From contig JBBQXJ010000002.1 of assembly GCA_038209745.1 (NCBI GenBank), positions 64,001-128,000 on the forward strand: 64,000 bases of DNA, given 5' to 3'. Shown here piece after piece: positions 30,761-39,256 of the stretch. A program made the position numbers and the translations under genes. The stretch is from Verrucomicrobiota bacterium (GTDB lineage Bacteria; Verrucomicrobiota; Verrucomicrobiia; Limisphaerales; CANJSG01). The first letter of the stretch is position 1. Every line of letters begins with the position of its first letter. The notes below the pieces were generated by a model that searched no databases, was not told where the DNA came from, and worked only from the letters and a program-made list of their open reading frames with translations.

Positions 30761-31291
30761 TTGAGCGATCTCATGCGCCGCCCGACGATCAAGGATATTG
30801 CGGTCTTTTATGACCGCGCGCTGGAATCCGAGCTTTGCCGAGAGTCAGAAATCGTAGAATGGGCGGATAGTTTGATCGTCGATTTTCAACATCCCATTCC
30901 TGACTGGCTTTTGGAACTTTCAACCAACAGAGACGGCACCAAAGCTTCGCTCTTGGCTGAGGTTCCAGGGGAATCAGATGAGGACACGGTATGGAACCTA
31001 ATCTCCGTTCGGCTCTCACAAGGATATCGGAACGGGTATTTTACCAACCAGGTTGTGGTCCGAAGACTGTATCTTTGGACTATTAGCGAAGAGCTTCCAG
31101 ACGAGCTGGCGGCTACGGTTTACCAGTTGGACCACGATTATGGTGGTGTTGTTGATGGCTGGAATTTCGTTGGGAAATTTGAATCAGACCTCAATCGCTT
31201 CTTAAGCCGATTCCAGATGGCGGAAGAGTTTTTCAGCTCATTGGACTGCTGGGTTCTGAAAACACTGAGCAACCCTCGTTCTACGAAATGA
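30761..31291 (+). CDS. Low-GC acidic hypothetical protein inserted in the moxR operon
   Basis: Open 176-codon frame; sampled 60-nt lines are 43% GC versus 68% in a moxR line; its stop overlaps the next ATG. Start may be ATG 30773. Confidence 0.7.
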   Translation: MSDLMRRPTIKDIAVFYDRALESELCRESEIVEWADSLIVDFQHPIPDWLLELSTNRDGTKASLLAEVPGESDEDTVWNLISVRLSQGYRNGYFTNQVVVRRLYLWTISEELPDELAATVYQLDHDYGGVVDGWNFVGKFESDLNRFLSRFQMAEEFFSSLDCWVLKTLSNPRSTK

Positions 31292-31421
31292 TCCCCAAGG
31301 AAATCCTCCGCAAGATCCGCCAGATCGAGATCCGGTCCAACCGGCTCGTGAGCGAGTCGGTCGCGGGCGCGTATCACAGCGTCTTCCAGGGGCAGGAGAT
31401 GAACTTCGGTGAGGCCCGGGA
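31288..31421 (+). repeat. Direct-repeat copy of the 5' end of the DUF58 gene
   Basis: 31288-31407 versus 31882-32001: 117/120 identical, with weaker similarity for about 5 more codons. Confidence 0.95.
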
Positions 31422-31467
31422 CTGCGGGCAGACTAAGAGCCTGTCTGCAAAGGCGGGGTGCTTCCGA

Positions 31468-31703
31468 AACCCGGAGGGTTTCCAGACGGTAGCCGGAGGT
31501 CGAAATGCAATGCAGACCTCCGGTATCCGGCGAGCGAGCGCGCCGCATCCCGGAGGGATGCCAGAAACCACCGAGAATGGGGACGTGAATGACGGACAAG
31601 GAGCGGTCTTGCACCCCTCCGGGGTGCCTTGGCGTCGCGTCGCGGCACCGGAGGTCTGCGCTGCGCTGCGACCTCCGGCTACCGTCTGCCAGCCCTCCGG
31701 GCT
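31468..31703. repeat. 236-bp foldback REP/REPIN-like element
   Basis: 57-bp imperfect inverted arms (31468-31524 and 31647-31703), each containing a CCGGAGGTC...GACCTCCGG hairpin, plus inner inverted hairpins GCATCCCGGAGGGATGC / GCACCCCTCCGGGGTGC. Confidence 0.85.
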
Positions 31704-31872
31704 GCTGGCCGAGGAAATCTTTCGCCGAAAGCAGGCGTCCCGCCGAGAGGCGGCGCAACTGCCCATCGAAGAGAAGCTCCGCATCTTGGTCGAGATGCAG
31801 AAACGGGCGAATGAAGTGAGAAGAGCGACCGGTCGGCCCGAGATGTTTGTTTGGGAACTGCTTAATAGTTGA
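31704..31872 (+). pseudogene. Start-less small helical protein, fused in frame to the DUF58 5' copy
   Basis: EEIFRRKQASRREAAQLPIEEKLRILVEMQKRANEVRRATGRPEMFVWEL reads like a real protein; no own ATG after the foldback element. Confidence 0.5.
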
Positions 31873-31881
31873 TCTGAAGCC

Positions 31882-32826
31882 ATGATCCCCAAGGAAATCC
31901 TCCGCAAGATCCGCCAGATCGAGATCCGGTCCAACCGGCTTGTGAGCGAGTCGGTCGCGGGCGCGTATCACAGCGTCTTCAAGGGGCAGGGGATGAACTT
32001 CGACGAGGTGCGGGAATACCAGCCCGGCGACGATGTCCGCGCCATCGACTGGAACGTCACCGCCCGCACCAGCACGCCGCATATCAAGAAGTTCGTCGAA
32101 GAACGCGAGCTGACCGTCATGCTGGTCGTGGATGTCAGCGCTTCGGGTCGGTTCGGGTCGGTGGACCGTTCCAAGCGCGAGGTCGCGGCCGAGATCGCGG
32201 CGGTGCTGGCCTTTTCCGCCATCCGCAACAACGACAAGGTGGGCGTGATCCTCTTCAGCGACCGGGTGGAGAGATACATTCCGCCGAAGAAGGGTCGCCG
32301 CCATGTGCTGCGCGTGATCCGGGACGTGCTGTTCTTCGAACCTGCCCATACGGGCACGAACCTGACAGAGGCGTTGCGGTTCCTCCAACGGGTCTGCACC
32401 CGCAAAGCCATCTCGGTGGTCATCTCGGATTTCCTTGGGCACCACCAAGCGGAGGTCGATGCGCCGCCGCGCGGTTCGTTGCTGATGCGGGAAACGCTGG
32501 CTTCGGCAGCCTTGCCGGCGCTGCGGCGGACGAACCGCAAGCACGACGTGGTCGCGATCCAGATCGTGGACCGGTTCGAGCTGGAACTGCCGGCCGTCGG
32601 ACTGCTGGAATTGGAGGACGCGGAGACGGGCGAACTGGTGGAGATCAACACGAACGATTCGCGGAAGCGGGAGAGCTTTAAGAAGAAACAGCTGGAGTCG
32701 CTGGATCAGACGCTGCGCACGCTGCGCTCGGCCCGGATCGACACCATCCAGCTCCGCAGCAACGAGGACTACGCACCGAAGCTGGCGCAGTTCTTCGAGA
32801 CCCGCGAACGCCGGCTGAGGCATTGA
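31882..32826 (+). CDS. DUF58 domain protein (MoxR-associated, VWA-like)
   Basis: SVFKGQGMNFDEVREYQPGDDVRAIDWNVTAR, EERELTVMLVVDVSAS, ISDF. Confidence 0.95.
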   Translation: MIPKEILRKIRQIEIRSNRLVSESVAGAYHSVFKGQGMNFDEVREYQPGDDVRAIDWNVTARTSTPHIKKFVEERELTVMLVVDVSASGRFGSVDRSKREVAAEIAAVLAFSAIRNNDKVGVILFSDRVERYIPPKKGRRHVLRVIRDVLFFEPAHTGTNLTEALRFLQRVCTRKAISVVISDFLGHHQAEVDAPPRGSLLMRETLASAALPALRRTNRKHDVVAIQIVDRFELELPAVGLLELEDAETGELVEINTNDSRKRESFKKKQLESLDQTLRTLRSARIDTIQLRSNEDYAPKLAQFFETRERRLRH

Positions 32827-32832
32827 CCAATT

Positions 32833-33038
32833 GAACCGCAGATGAACGCAGACGAACGCAGAATGAAGACGGGGGAGGGTAGGGCGATGGCTCGTGCCAA
32901 GCCGCCTAGTGGCCTTCGGTCATCCAGACCGCTTCTCTGGCAACCGGAACGGGGCGAATCACGCCCAACACTCCACGGGATTGTCTCGCTTGATAGGACT
33001 TCGTCCCGAGGCGGCTCGGCCGGAGCCGTCGCCCTATC
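32833..33038. repeat. Triple GAACGCAGAT-like 10-mer followed by an inverted GTAG REP pair
   Basis: GAACCGCAGAT GAACGCAGAC GAACGCAGA (32833-32862); GGTAGGGCGATGGCTCGTGCCAAGCCGCC...GGCGGCTCGGCCGGAGCCGTCGCCCTATC. Confidence 0.7.
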
Positions 33039-33054
33039 TCGGTTTGCCTGAACC

Positions 33055-33657
33055 ATGGCCAGCAATTCCCCAGCGATCATCGTTCCTCCACCCGCGCCGC
33101 CCGGAATGACCAATATGGTCGCCGTGCAGGACGGACTGCGCGATATCGTGCCGCCGGTCTACATCTTCGACAAATGGGGCTGGGTCATCGCCGGCGGCGT
33201 GCTCTTCGTCCTGTTGGTCGCCGGGATTCTCTACCTGGCGCTGCGCAAGAAGCCGCTCTTCCCGCCGCCGTTGCCCCTCATCATTCCTCCCCATGAACGC
33301 GCCCGGCAGAAGCTGTCCGCCGCGCTGGACATGCTGGATCGCCCCAAACCCTTTTGCGTCCTCGTCTCGGACGCGGTCCGCCTCTATCTGGAGGAACGGT
33401 TCGAACTGCGGGCGCCCGAGCGCACGACGGAAGAGTTTCTCTTCGAGCTGCGGTCCAAGCCCGTTCTTTCCCACGCTCAGAAACAGAGCCTCGGCGAGTT
33501 CCTGGAACAGTGCGATCTGGTGAAGTTCGCCCGGCTCGAACCAACCCCGGAGCAGCTCCAGCCGCTCTATGAAGCCGCGCTGCGGTTGATCGATGAAACG
33601 AGCCCGATGGCTCCCGCGGCGGTCAAGGCGCCCGCAGAATTGTCCTCCGCCAAATGA
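33055..33657 (+). CDS. Bat-operon single-TM protein (DUF4381-like)
   Basis: LRDIVPPV, TM helix, VRLYLEERF..APERTTEEFL, CDLVKFA; lies between DUF58 and batA. Confidence 0.8.
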   Translation: MASNSPAIIVPPPAPPGMTNMVAVQDGLRDIVPPVYIFDKWGWVIAGGVLFVLLVAGILYLALRKKPLFPPPLPLIIPPHERARQKLSAALDMLDRPKPFCVLVSDAVRLYLEERFELRAPERTTEEFLFELRSKPVLSHAQKQSLGEFLEQCDLVKFARLEPTPEQLQPLYEAALRLIDETSPMAPAAVKAPAELSSAK

Positions 33658-34652
33658 CCTTCGCATATCCATGGGCCCTGCTCTTCCTCCTGCTCCTGCC
33701 GGTCTTGGCTTGGTGGAAGGGAAAGCGCGCCCGCCGCACGGCGTTCGTCTATTCGTCGGTCCAGTTGGTGAAGTCGATCGCCGCGCTGCGAAAATCACGG
33801 GCGAGCAAGATCCTGGCGGGGTTGCGCTGGCTGGTGCTGGCGCTGCTGATCGTGGCGCTGGCCCGGCCCCGCTTGGTCGAGGGCCGTTCCAATGTGAAGG
33901 CCAGCGGCATCGACATCGTGGTGGCGATGGATCTTTCGCTGAGCATGGGCTCGGAGGATTTCCAGGAGAACGGCCAGCGGGTCAACCGGCTCTACATCGC
34001 CCAGAAGGTCCTTAAGAAGTTCATCGAAGGCCGGCCGAACGACCGCATCGGGTTGGTCGCTTTTTCGGGCAAAGCCTACCTGGTGACGCCGCCCACCTTG
34101 GACCATGATTTCCTCCAGCAAAACGTGGAACGGTTGAATCTGGACACGATCAAGGAGGCCGGCACCGCGATCGGTCTCGGACTCAGCGCCGCGCTGAACC
34201 GGCTCCGGGAACTGGATTCCAAAAGCCGCATCGTCATCCTGATGACCGACGGCCAGAACAACACCGGCAAGGTCACGCCCTTGACCGCGGCGGACGCCGC
34301 CAAGGCGCTCAAGGTGAAGGTCTACACCATCGGCGTCGGCACGCGCGGATTGGCGCCCATGCCGTATCCCACCGGAAACGGCGGTAAGATCTACCAGATG
34401 GAGCCGGTGGATATCGACGAGGCGCAGTTGACCGAGATCGCGAACCGCACGGGCGGCCGCTACTACCGCGCCGACACGACCGAGACGATGGAGCGGATCT
34501 ACAAGGAGATCGACCAGTTGGAGAAGACTGAGATCGAGATGAAGAAGTTCCAGCGCTACACCGAGCTGTTCCCCTTCGTGCTCGCCGCCGGCCTGTTCAT
34601 CCTGCTGTTGGAAGTCGGACTGGGGAACACCGTCTGGAGGAGACTGCCGTGA
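33654..34652 (+). CDS. batA: VWA domain protein, BatA-like
   Basis: N-terminal BatA TM region LIVALARP, MIDAS DLSLSM, GTAIG, ILMTDGQNN, TGGRYYRA. Confidence 0.88.
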   Translation: MTFAYPWALLFLLLLPVLAWWKGKRARRTAFVYSSVQLVKSIAALRKSRASKILAGLRWLVLALLIVALARPRLVEGRSNVKASGIDIVVAMDLSLSMGSEDFQENGQRVNRLYIAQKVLKKFIEGRPNDRIGLVAFSGKAYLVTPPTLDHDFLQQNVERLNLDTIKEAGTAIGLGLSAALNRLRELDSKSRIVILMTDGQNNTGKVTPLTAADAAKALKVKVYTIGVGTRGLAPMPYPTGNGGKIYQMEPVDIDEAQLTEIANRTGGRYYRADTTETMERIYKEIDQLEKTEIEMKKFQRYTELFPFVLAAGLFILLLEVGLGNTVWRRLP

Positions 34653-34763
34653 ATGGAATGACGAACTGCGAGGACCAAAGGCCGAAAAAGGGAAAAGAAC
34701 TCAGCGCGACGGCCTGTCCGTTTCACATGCGGATTTTGACCTTCGGCCTTCGTCATTAAAAAA

Positions 34764-36734
34764 ATGCACTTTGCCCATTCAGAACTGCTTTGGCTCGTGG
34801 TGACCGTCGGTCCACTGATGGCCGTGTTCCTCTGGTGGTCGTGGCGGCGCCGGAAACGGCTGATGCTGGAGTTTGTGCCGCAGCGGTTGCTCGCGGCCTT
34901 GACCGTCGGGTTCGATGCCGCGGTGGAGCGTCGACGATTGGCGCTGCTGGTGGTGGCCGTCGGGCTGCTGCTGGTGGCGGTCGCGCGGCCGCAATGGGGC
35001 CTGGTCTGGGAAGAGACCGTCACCCAGGGACGCGACATCCTCGTGGCCGTCGACGCGTCGAAGTCGATGCTGGCGATGGACGCGCCCCCGACGGACCGCT
35101 TGACCCGGGCGAAGCTCGCCGCGCTCGATCTGGCGCACATCGCCAAGTCGGATCGGTTCGGCCTGATCGCCTTTGCCGGTTCGGCCTTTCTCCAATGTCC
35201 GCTGACGCTGGACGAGTTCGCCTTTTCCCAGAGCGTGAACGCGATCGACGCCGACATCATCCCCCAGGGCGGCACGGCCTTGGCCGAGGCGATCGATGCG
35301 GCGGTGAGGGCGTTCGACAAGAGCGGCGACAACCATCGCGTCCTGGTGATGCTGACCGACGGCGAAGACCATGAAGACGGTGTGAAGGACGCCATCCGCA
35401 AAGCGCAGAAAGCGGGCCTCAAGATCTTCACCGTCGGCGTCGGCACCCCCGAGGGCGAGGTCATCCGCATCCCGGACGAGCAGGGAAACATGGGATTCCT
35501 CCGGGACGAGCAGGGGAACGCGGTCAAATCCAGGCTGAACGAGGCGTTGCTGAAAGAGATCGCCACCGATACGGGCGGCTTCTATCTGCCGCTTTCCGGT
35601 GCGCGGCCGATGGAGACGCTCTTCAAGAAGGGGATCGAGCTGTTGCCGAAGTCCGAATCCGCGTCGAAAATGACCCGAAGCTACCGCGAGCAGTTCCACT
35701 GGTTCGTGCTCGTCGCGGTGGCGGCACTGATCGCCGAAATGTTCTGGAGAGGAAAACCGAAGCTCGAAGGCCACGAAGCGGCGCCGAAGAAGGATTGGAT
35801 CCTGACGGCGCCGACTGTCGTTGCGCTGGCCTTCCTGCTGTGCGGCGTCAACGCGAAGGCGGCGCCATCCGAGGCGCTCCGGGATTTCAAGGAAGGCGAA
35901 TACGGAAAGTCCCAGGCCGAATACGAGCGGCTGTTGGAGGAGCGGACGAAGGCCGGCAAGGAAGACGAAAAGGTGGCCAAGCTGGAGTTCAACGCGGGTT
36001 CGGCCGCCTACAAGGCCGGCGATTTGGAGAAAGCGCGCCGGCACTTCGTCATGTCCGCCGGAGCCGAGGATCTGGCGCTGCAACAGGAATCCTACTACAA
36101 CCTCGGCAACACGGTCTTTCGTCAGGGCGAAGCGTCGTCGGATCTGGAGGAGCGCGAGATTTATTGGGAGGACTCCATCCGCAACCTCAAGAACGCCGTC
36201 CAGCTCGATGAAAAAGACCCCGACGCGAAACACAATCTCGCCTTCGCCGAAAAGCGGCTCGAACTCCTGAAGAAGAAGCTCGACGAGATGGCCGCCCAGC
36301 AGGACAAGCAGAACGAGGGTCAACAAGGAAAGCAGGGGCAGAAGTCCGGACGGCGAAATCGTCGGGATCGAAAGCAGCAAGGGCAGCAGCAACCGGGTCA
36401 GAATCCGGGCGATCAGAACCAGCAAGGCTCCGGCCGACGCAACCAGAAAGAGGATGGCGGCGGCGACAAGAAGGAAGAAAAGAAGGATTCTGGCGGCGGG
36501 GAGAAAGACCAACAGGGCAAGGAGGGTGGCGACAAGCAAGAGGGGGAAAACGGAGAGGGCTCCAGCCGGGATTCCGAGAGCGCCAGCGACCGCGCCGCGA
36601 TGGCCATGGGCGTGATGACTCCGAAACAGGCGCAGCAGCTCCTTGAAGCCATGAAAGCCGAGGAGAAATCGATCATCTTCTTGCCGCCTCAAAAGGGTGG
36701 GAAACCCCCGCAACATCCGGTCAAGGACTGGTAG
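34764..36734 (+). CDS. VWA plus TPR protein (BatB-BatC-like fusion)
   Basis: ARPQWG, DASKSM, LTDGEDH, VKSRLNE, TPR YYNLGNTVFRQG, Gln-rich tail, ends KDW. Confidence 0.88.
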   Translation: MHFAHSELLWLVVTVGPLMAVFLWWSWRRRKRLMLEFVPQRLLAALTVGFDAAVERRRLALLVVAVGLLLVAVARPQWGLVWEETVTQGRDILVAVDASKSMLAMDAPPTDRLTRAKLAALDLAHIAKSDRFGLIAFAGSAFLQCPLTLDEFAFSQSVNAIDADIIPQGGTALAEAIDAAVRAFDKSGDNHRVLVMLTDGEDHEDGVKDAIRKAQKAGLKIFTVGVGTPEGEVIRIPDEQGNMGFLRDEQGNAVKSRLNEALLKEIATDTGGFYLPLSGARPMETLFKKGIELLPKSESASKMTRSYREQFHWFVLVAVAALIAEMFWRGKPKLEGHEAAPKKDWILTAPTVVALAFLLCGVNAKAAPSEALRDFKEGEYGKSQAEYERLLEERTKAGKEDEKVAKLEFNAGSAAYKAGDLEKARRHFVMSAGAEDLALQQESYYNLGNTVFRQGEASSDLEEREIYWEDSIRNLKNAVQLDEKDPDAKHNLAFAEKRLELLKKKLDEMAAQQDKQNEGQQGKQGQKSGRRNRRDRKQQGQQQPGQNPGDQNQQGSGRRNQKEDGGGDKKEEKKDSGGGEKDQQGKEGGDKQEGENGEGSSRDSESASDRAAMAMGVMTPKQAQQLLEAMKAEEKSIIFLPPQKGGKPPQHPVKDW

Positions 36735-36813
36735 CCACGGGGGCTCCGGAAGTCGGGCCTGAAAACGCTTGTTCCGGTGCCCGCACCGGTCCGATTCTTC
36801 GCGACTTGGCCGC

Positions 36814-37704
36814 ATGAAGAAACCAGCACGTTCCAGCAGCTCCCCCACGCCCCGCATCGGTATCATCGGTGGCAGCGGCCTGTATCACATCGAGGGATTC
36901 ACCCACCAGAAATGGGTCGCGGTGAAGACGCCTTTCGGACCGCCGTCCGACGAACTTTTGACGGGCAACCTTGCGGGACGAGAGATTGTCTTCCTGCCGC
37001 GCCACGGCCGGGGCCATCGCCTCTTGCCAACGGAGCTCAACCACCGCGCCAATCTCTGGGCGATGCGCAGCCTCGGCGTCCGCTGGATCATCAGCGTCAG
37101 CGCCGTCGGCTCCCTCCAGAAGCGCTACAAACCCTGCGACATCGTCTTGCCGGACCAGTTCTACGACCGGACGAAACAGTCGTTGAACCATACGTTCTTC
37201 GGCCGCGGCATTGTGGGCCACGTCGCCTTTGCGGATCCAATCTGCGAGGAACTGCGGCGGCTGCTTCTGGCGGAAGCCAAGGCGGCTGAGGCGCGCGTCC
37301 ACGACGGCGGCACCTACGTGAACATGGAAGGACCGGCGTTCAGCACGCGGGCGGAATCGATCTTCAACCACAAGGCCGGTTTCGACGTGGTCGGAATGAC
37401 GAATCTGGGCGAGGCCAAGTGCGCCCGGGAGGCCGAGATCGGCTATGCCACGATGGCCATGATCACCGACTACGACTGTTGGAAGGCGGACGAAGCCCAC
37501 GTAACCGTCGAGATGGTGCTCGAGAATCTGAAGCGGAACGCGGAGACGGCGAAGCGGATCGTCGCCGGGGTTGTTCCCAAGATTCCGACGGTGGCCGACT
37601 GGCCGTGCCACTCCGCGTTGAAGAACGCGATCATGACCGAGCCGAAGCTCTGGCCGAAGAAGACGGTGGCCGAGCTCAAGCCATTGTTGGCAAACTACCT
37701 CTAA
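36814..37704 (+). CDS. mtnP: S-methyl-5'-thioadenosine phosphorylase
   Basis: IGIIGGSGLY, FLPRHGRGH, MEGPAFSTRAES, VVGMT, TDYDCW. Confidence 0.95.
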   Translation: MKKPARSSSSPTPRIGIIGGSGLYHIEGFTHQKWVAVKTPFGPPSDELLTGNLAGREIVFLPRHGRGHRLLPTELNHRANLWAMRSLGVRWIISVSAVGSLQKRYKPCDIVLPDQFYDRTKQSLNHTFFGRGIVGHVAFADPICEELRRLLLAEAKAAEARVHDGGTYVNMEGPAFSTRAESIFNHKAGFDVVGMTNLGEAKCAREAEIGYATMAMITDYDCWKADEAHVTVEMVLENLKRNAETAKRIVAGVVPKIPTVADWPCHSALKNAIMTEPKLWPKKTVAELKPLLANYL

Positions 37705-37726
37705 TGCCCGGAAAACGTTCCCGATC

Positions 37727-38206
37727 GTGAACAAGAAGACACTGTTGCAAAAGATCGTCGCGCGCCTCGCCGACGAGGTCGTTCTCTATACCAAGGCGGC
37801 CAGAGCCGCCTTCGAAGAGGCGACGGACGAGCAGAGCCGCGCGGACAACAAATACGACACCCGCAGTCTGGAGGCATCGTATCTGGCCCGGGGCCAGGCG
37901 CAGCAGCTCGCCGACACCGAGCAGGCGCTGTTGGAGTTCAAGAACATGGTGCTCCGCGACCTCGGCCCCCAAGACCGCGTCGAGATGGGAGCGCTGGTGG
38001 AGCTGACGGGCAAGAAAGAGAAGGCGATGTATTTTGTGGGTCCAAAGGCGGGAGGCACGGAGATCGAACAGGATGGCCAAGAGGTCATGGTCATCACGCC
38101 CCAATCGCCTCTCGGGCGCCAGATCGTGGGAAGAAAGCAGGGGGAAACGCTCCAGCTTGAGGTCGGCGCGACCAAGGTCGCCTACAAGGTGACGGCCGTG
38201 AGCTGA
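37727..38206 (+). CDS. GreA/GreB family protein (non-canonical)
   Basis: Coiled-coil N-terminus with NKYDTRSLEASYLARGQ; C-terminal VITPQSPLGRQIVG. Confidence 0.8.
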   Translation: MNKKTLLQKIVARLADEVVLYTKAARAAFEEATDEQSRADNKYDTRSLEASYLARGQAQQLADTEQALLEFKNMVLRDLGPQDRVEMGALVELTGKKEKAMYFVGPKAGGTEIEQDGQEVMVITPQSPLGRQIVGRKQGETLQLEVGATKVAYKVTAVS

Positions 38207-38238
38207 TCAGGTATCCGAGGCGGGGAATGACGGCGCGG

Positions 38239-39228
38239 CTATTTCCGCGACTCGGTGGTTTGGGCGGGTGGAGCGTTGGTCGTCGCGGTGGCGGCGAGGC
38301 CTTCAACGATCCGTTCGCCCAACCGCTTCTTCAACGAGGCATACATCTCGTTCGTCACCAGCGAGAGCTGTGCCGACGCTTCATCGAACCGTTTGAGGTT
38401 CAGCTGGCATCGGGCCAGATGGATGCGGACCCCTTCTCGCTCGATGTCGTCACCGGCCACCTTGAGAGCCTCGTTCCAAGCGACGATGCCGTCTTGGTAG
38501 CGAGGTGGCTTGGTGCCGTAGAAGCTGTTCGCGTAGTCGGTGGCGAGGATGAAGTTGGTCGGGTCCAGCGAAACGGCTTTCCGGTAGAGGCCCAGCGATT
38601 TGTCGAAGACGCCCGTTTCGTCGAGTCCGTAGAACGACATCGCGTCCACCCGGAAGAGGTAGACGGTCGTGGCCAGGTTCCACACGTAGACCGCTTCCTT
38701 CGGGTTCAGATCGATGGCTTTGGCGTAGTAGACGAAGGCATTGGTGACGGGACTCCGGTGCCCATAATAATTCGCCAGATTGTTCCAGACGGCTGGATTT
38801 GAAGGGTCCAGCTCGCGGGCCTTTTCCCAATGGTCCACGCCTCCGTCTTCGTCGGACAGATCGTGGAGGAAACTTCCGTAGGCCAGGTGGGCGCGGGCAT
38901 GTTTAGGGTGAAGATCGAGGAAGTCCTTGTAGGCCTTGTCCACGATGGCGAGCCGCTGTTGGATGCGTGCCTTGAGGTTGGCCTTGGACGGGCCAGCGCC
39001 CGCTTTCTCGAACTCGGCGGATTCCTTGATCCACTGGTCGATCTCGTCGTGCGCTTGGTCGTCGTCCACGAGCAGCTTCTGGTAGGACGCTTCCACGGGA
39101 TCGTTCGTGGAAACCACCGACGAGGCCGGGGCGGCGGGAGCAACGACCGTTTCCGCACCAATCCCGCGTCCCGCGCAGAGACAAACCAGAACAAGCCACA
39201 GGGACAGGAATCTGGGGAACAAGGTCAT
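38239..39228 (-). CDS. Secreted tetratricopeptide repeat protein
   Basis: Signal peptide; TPR units WEKARELDPSNPAVWNNLA, YAKAIDLNPKE, YRKAVSLDPTN. Confidence 0.85.
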   Translation of the reverse strand: MTLFPRFLSLWLVLVCLCAGRGIGAETVVAPAAPASSVVSTNDPVEASYQKLLVDDDQAHDEIDQWIKESAEFEKAGAGPSKANLKARIQQRLAIVDKAYKDFLDLHPKHARAHLAYGSFLHDLSDEDGGVDHWEKARELDPSNPAVWNNLANYYGHRSPVTNAFVYYAKAIDLNPKEAVYVWNLATTVYLFRVDAMSFYGLDETGVFDKSLGLYRKAVSLDPTNFILATDYANSFYGTKPPRYQDGIVAWNEALKVAGDDIEREGVRIHLARCQLNLKRFDEASAQLSLVTNEMYASLKKRLGERIVEGLAATATTNAPPAQTTESRK

Positions 39229-39256
39229 GGTGCGGAGCGCCCCGAGGGCGCGACGA

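Noticed and set aside
31288..33038. CRISPR array or integron interpretation of the repeats
   Set aside because: No regularly spaced repeat-spacer units, no cas or intI gene, and no convincing attC ends seen.
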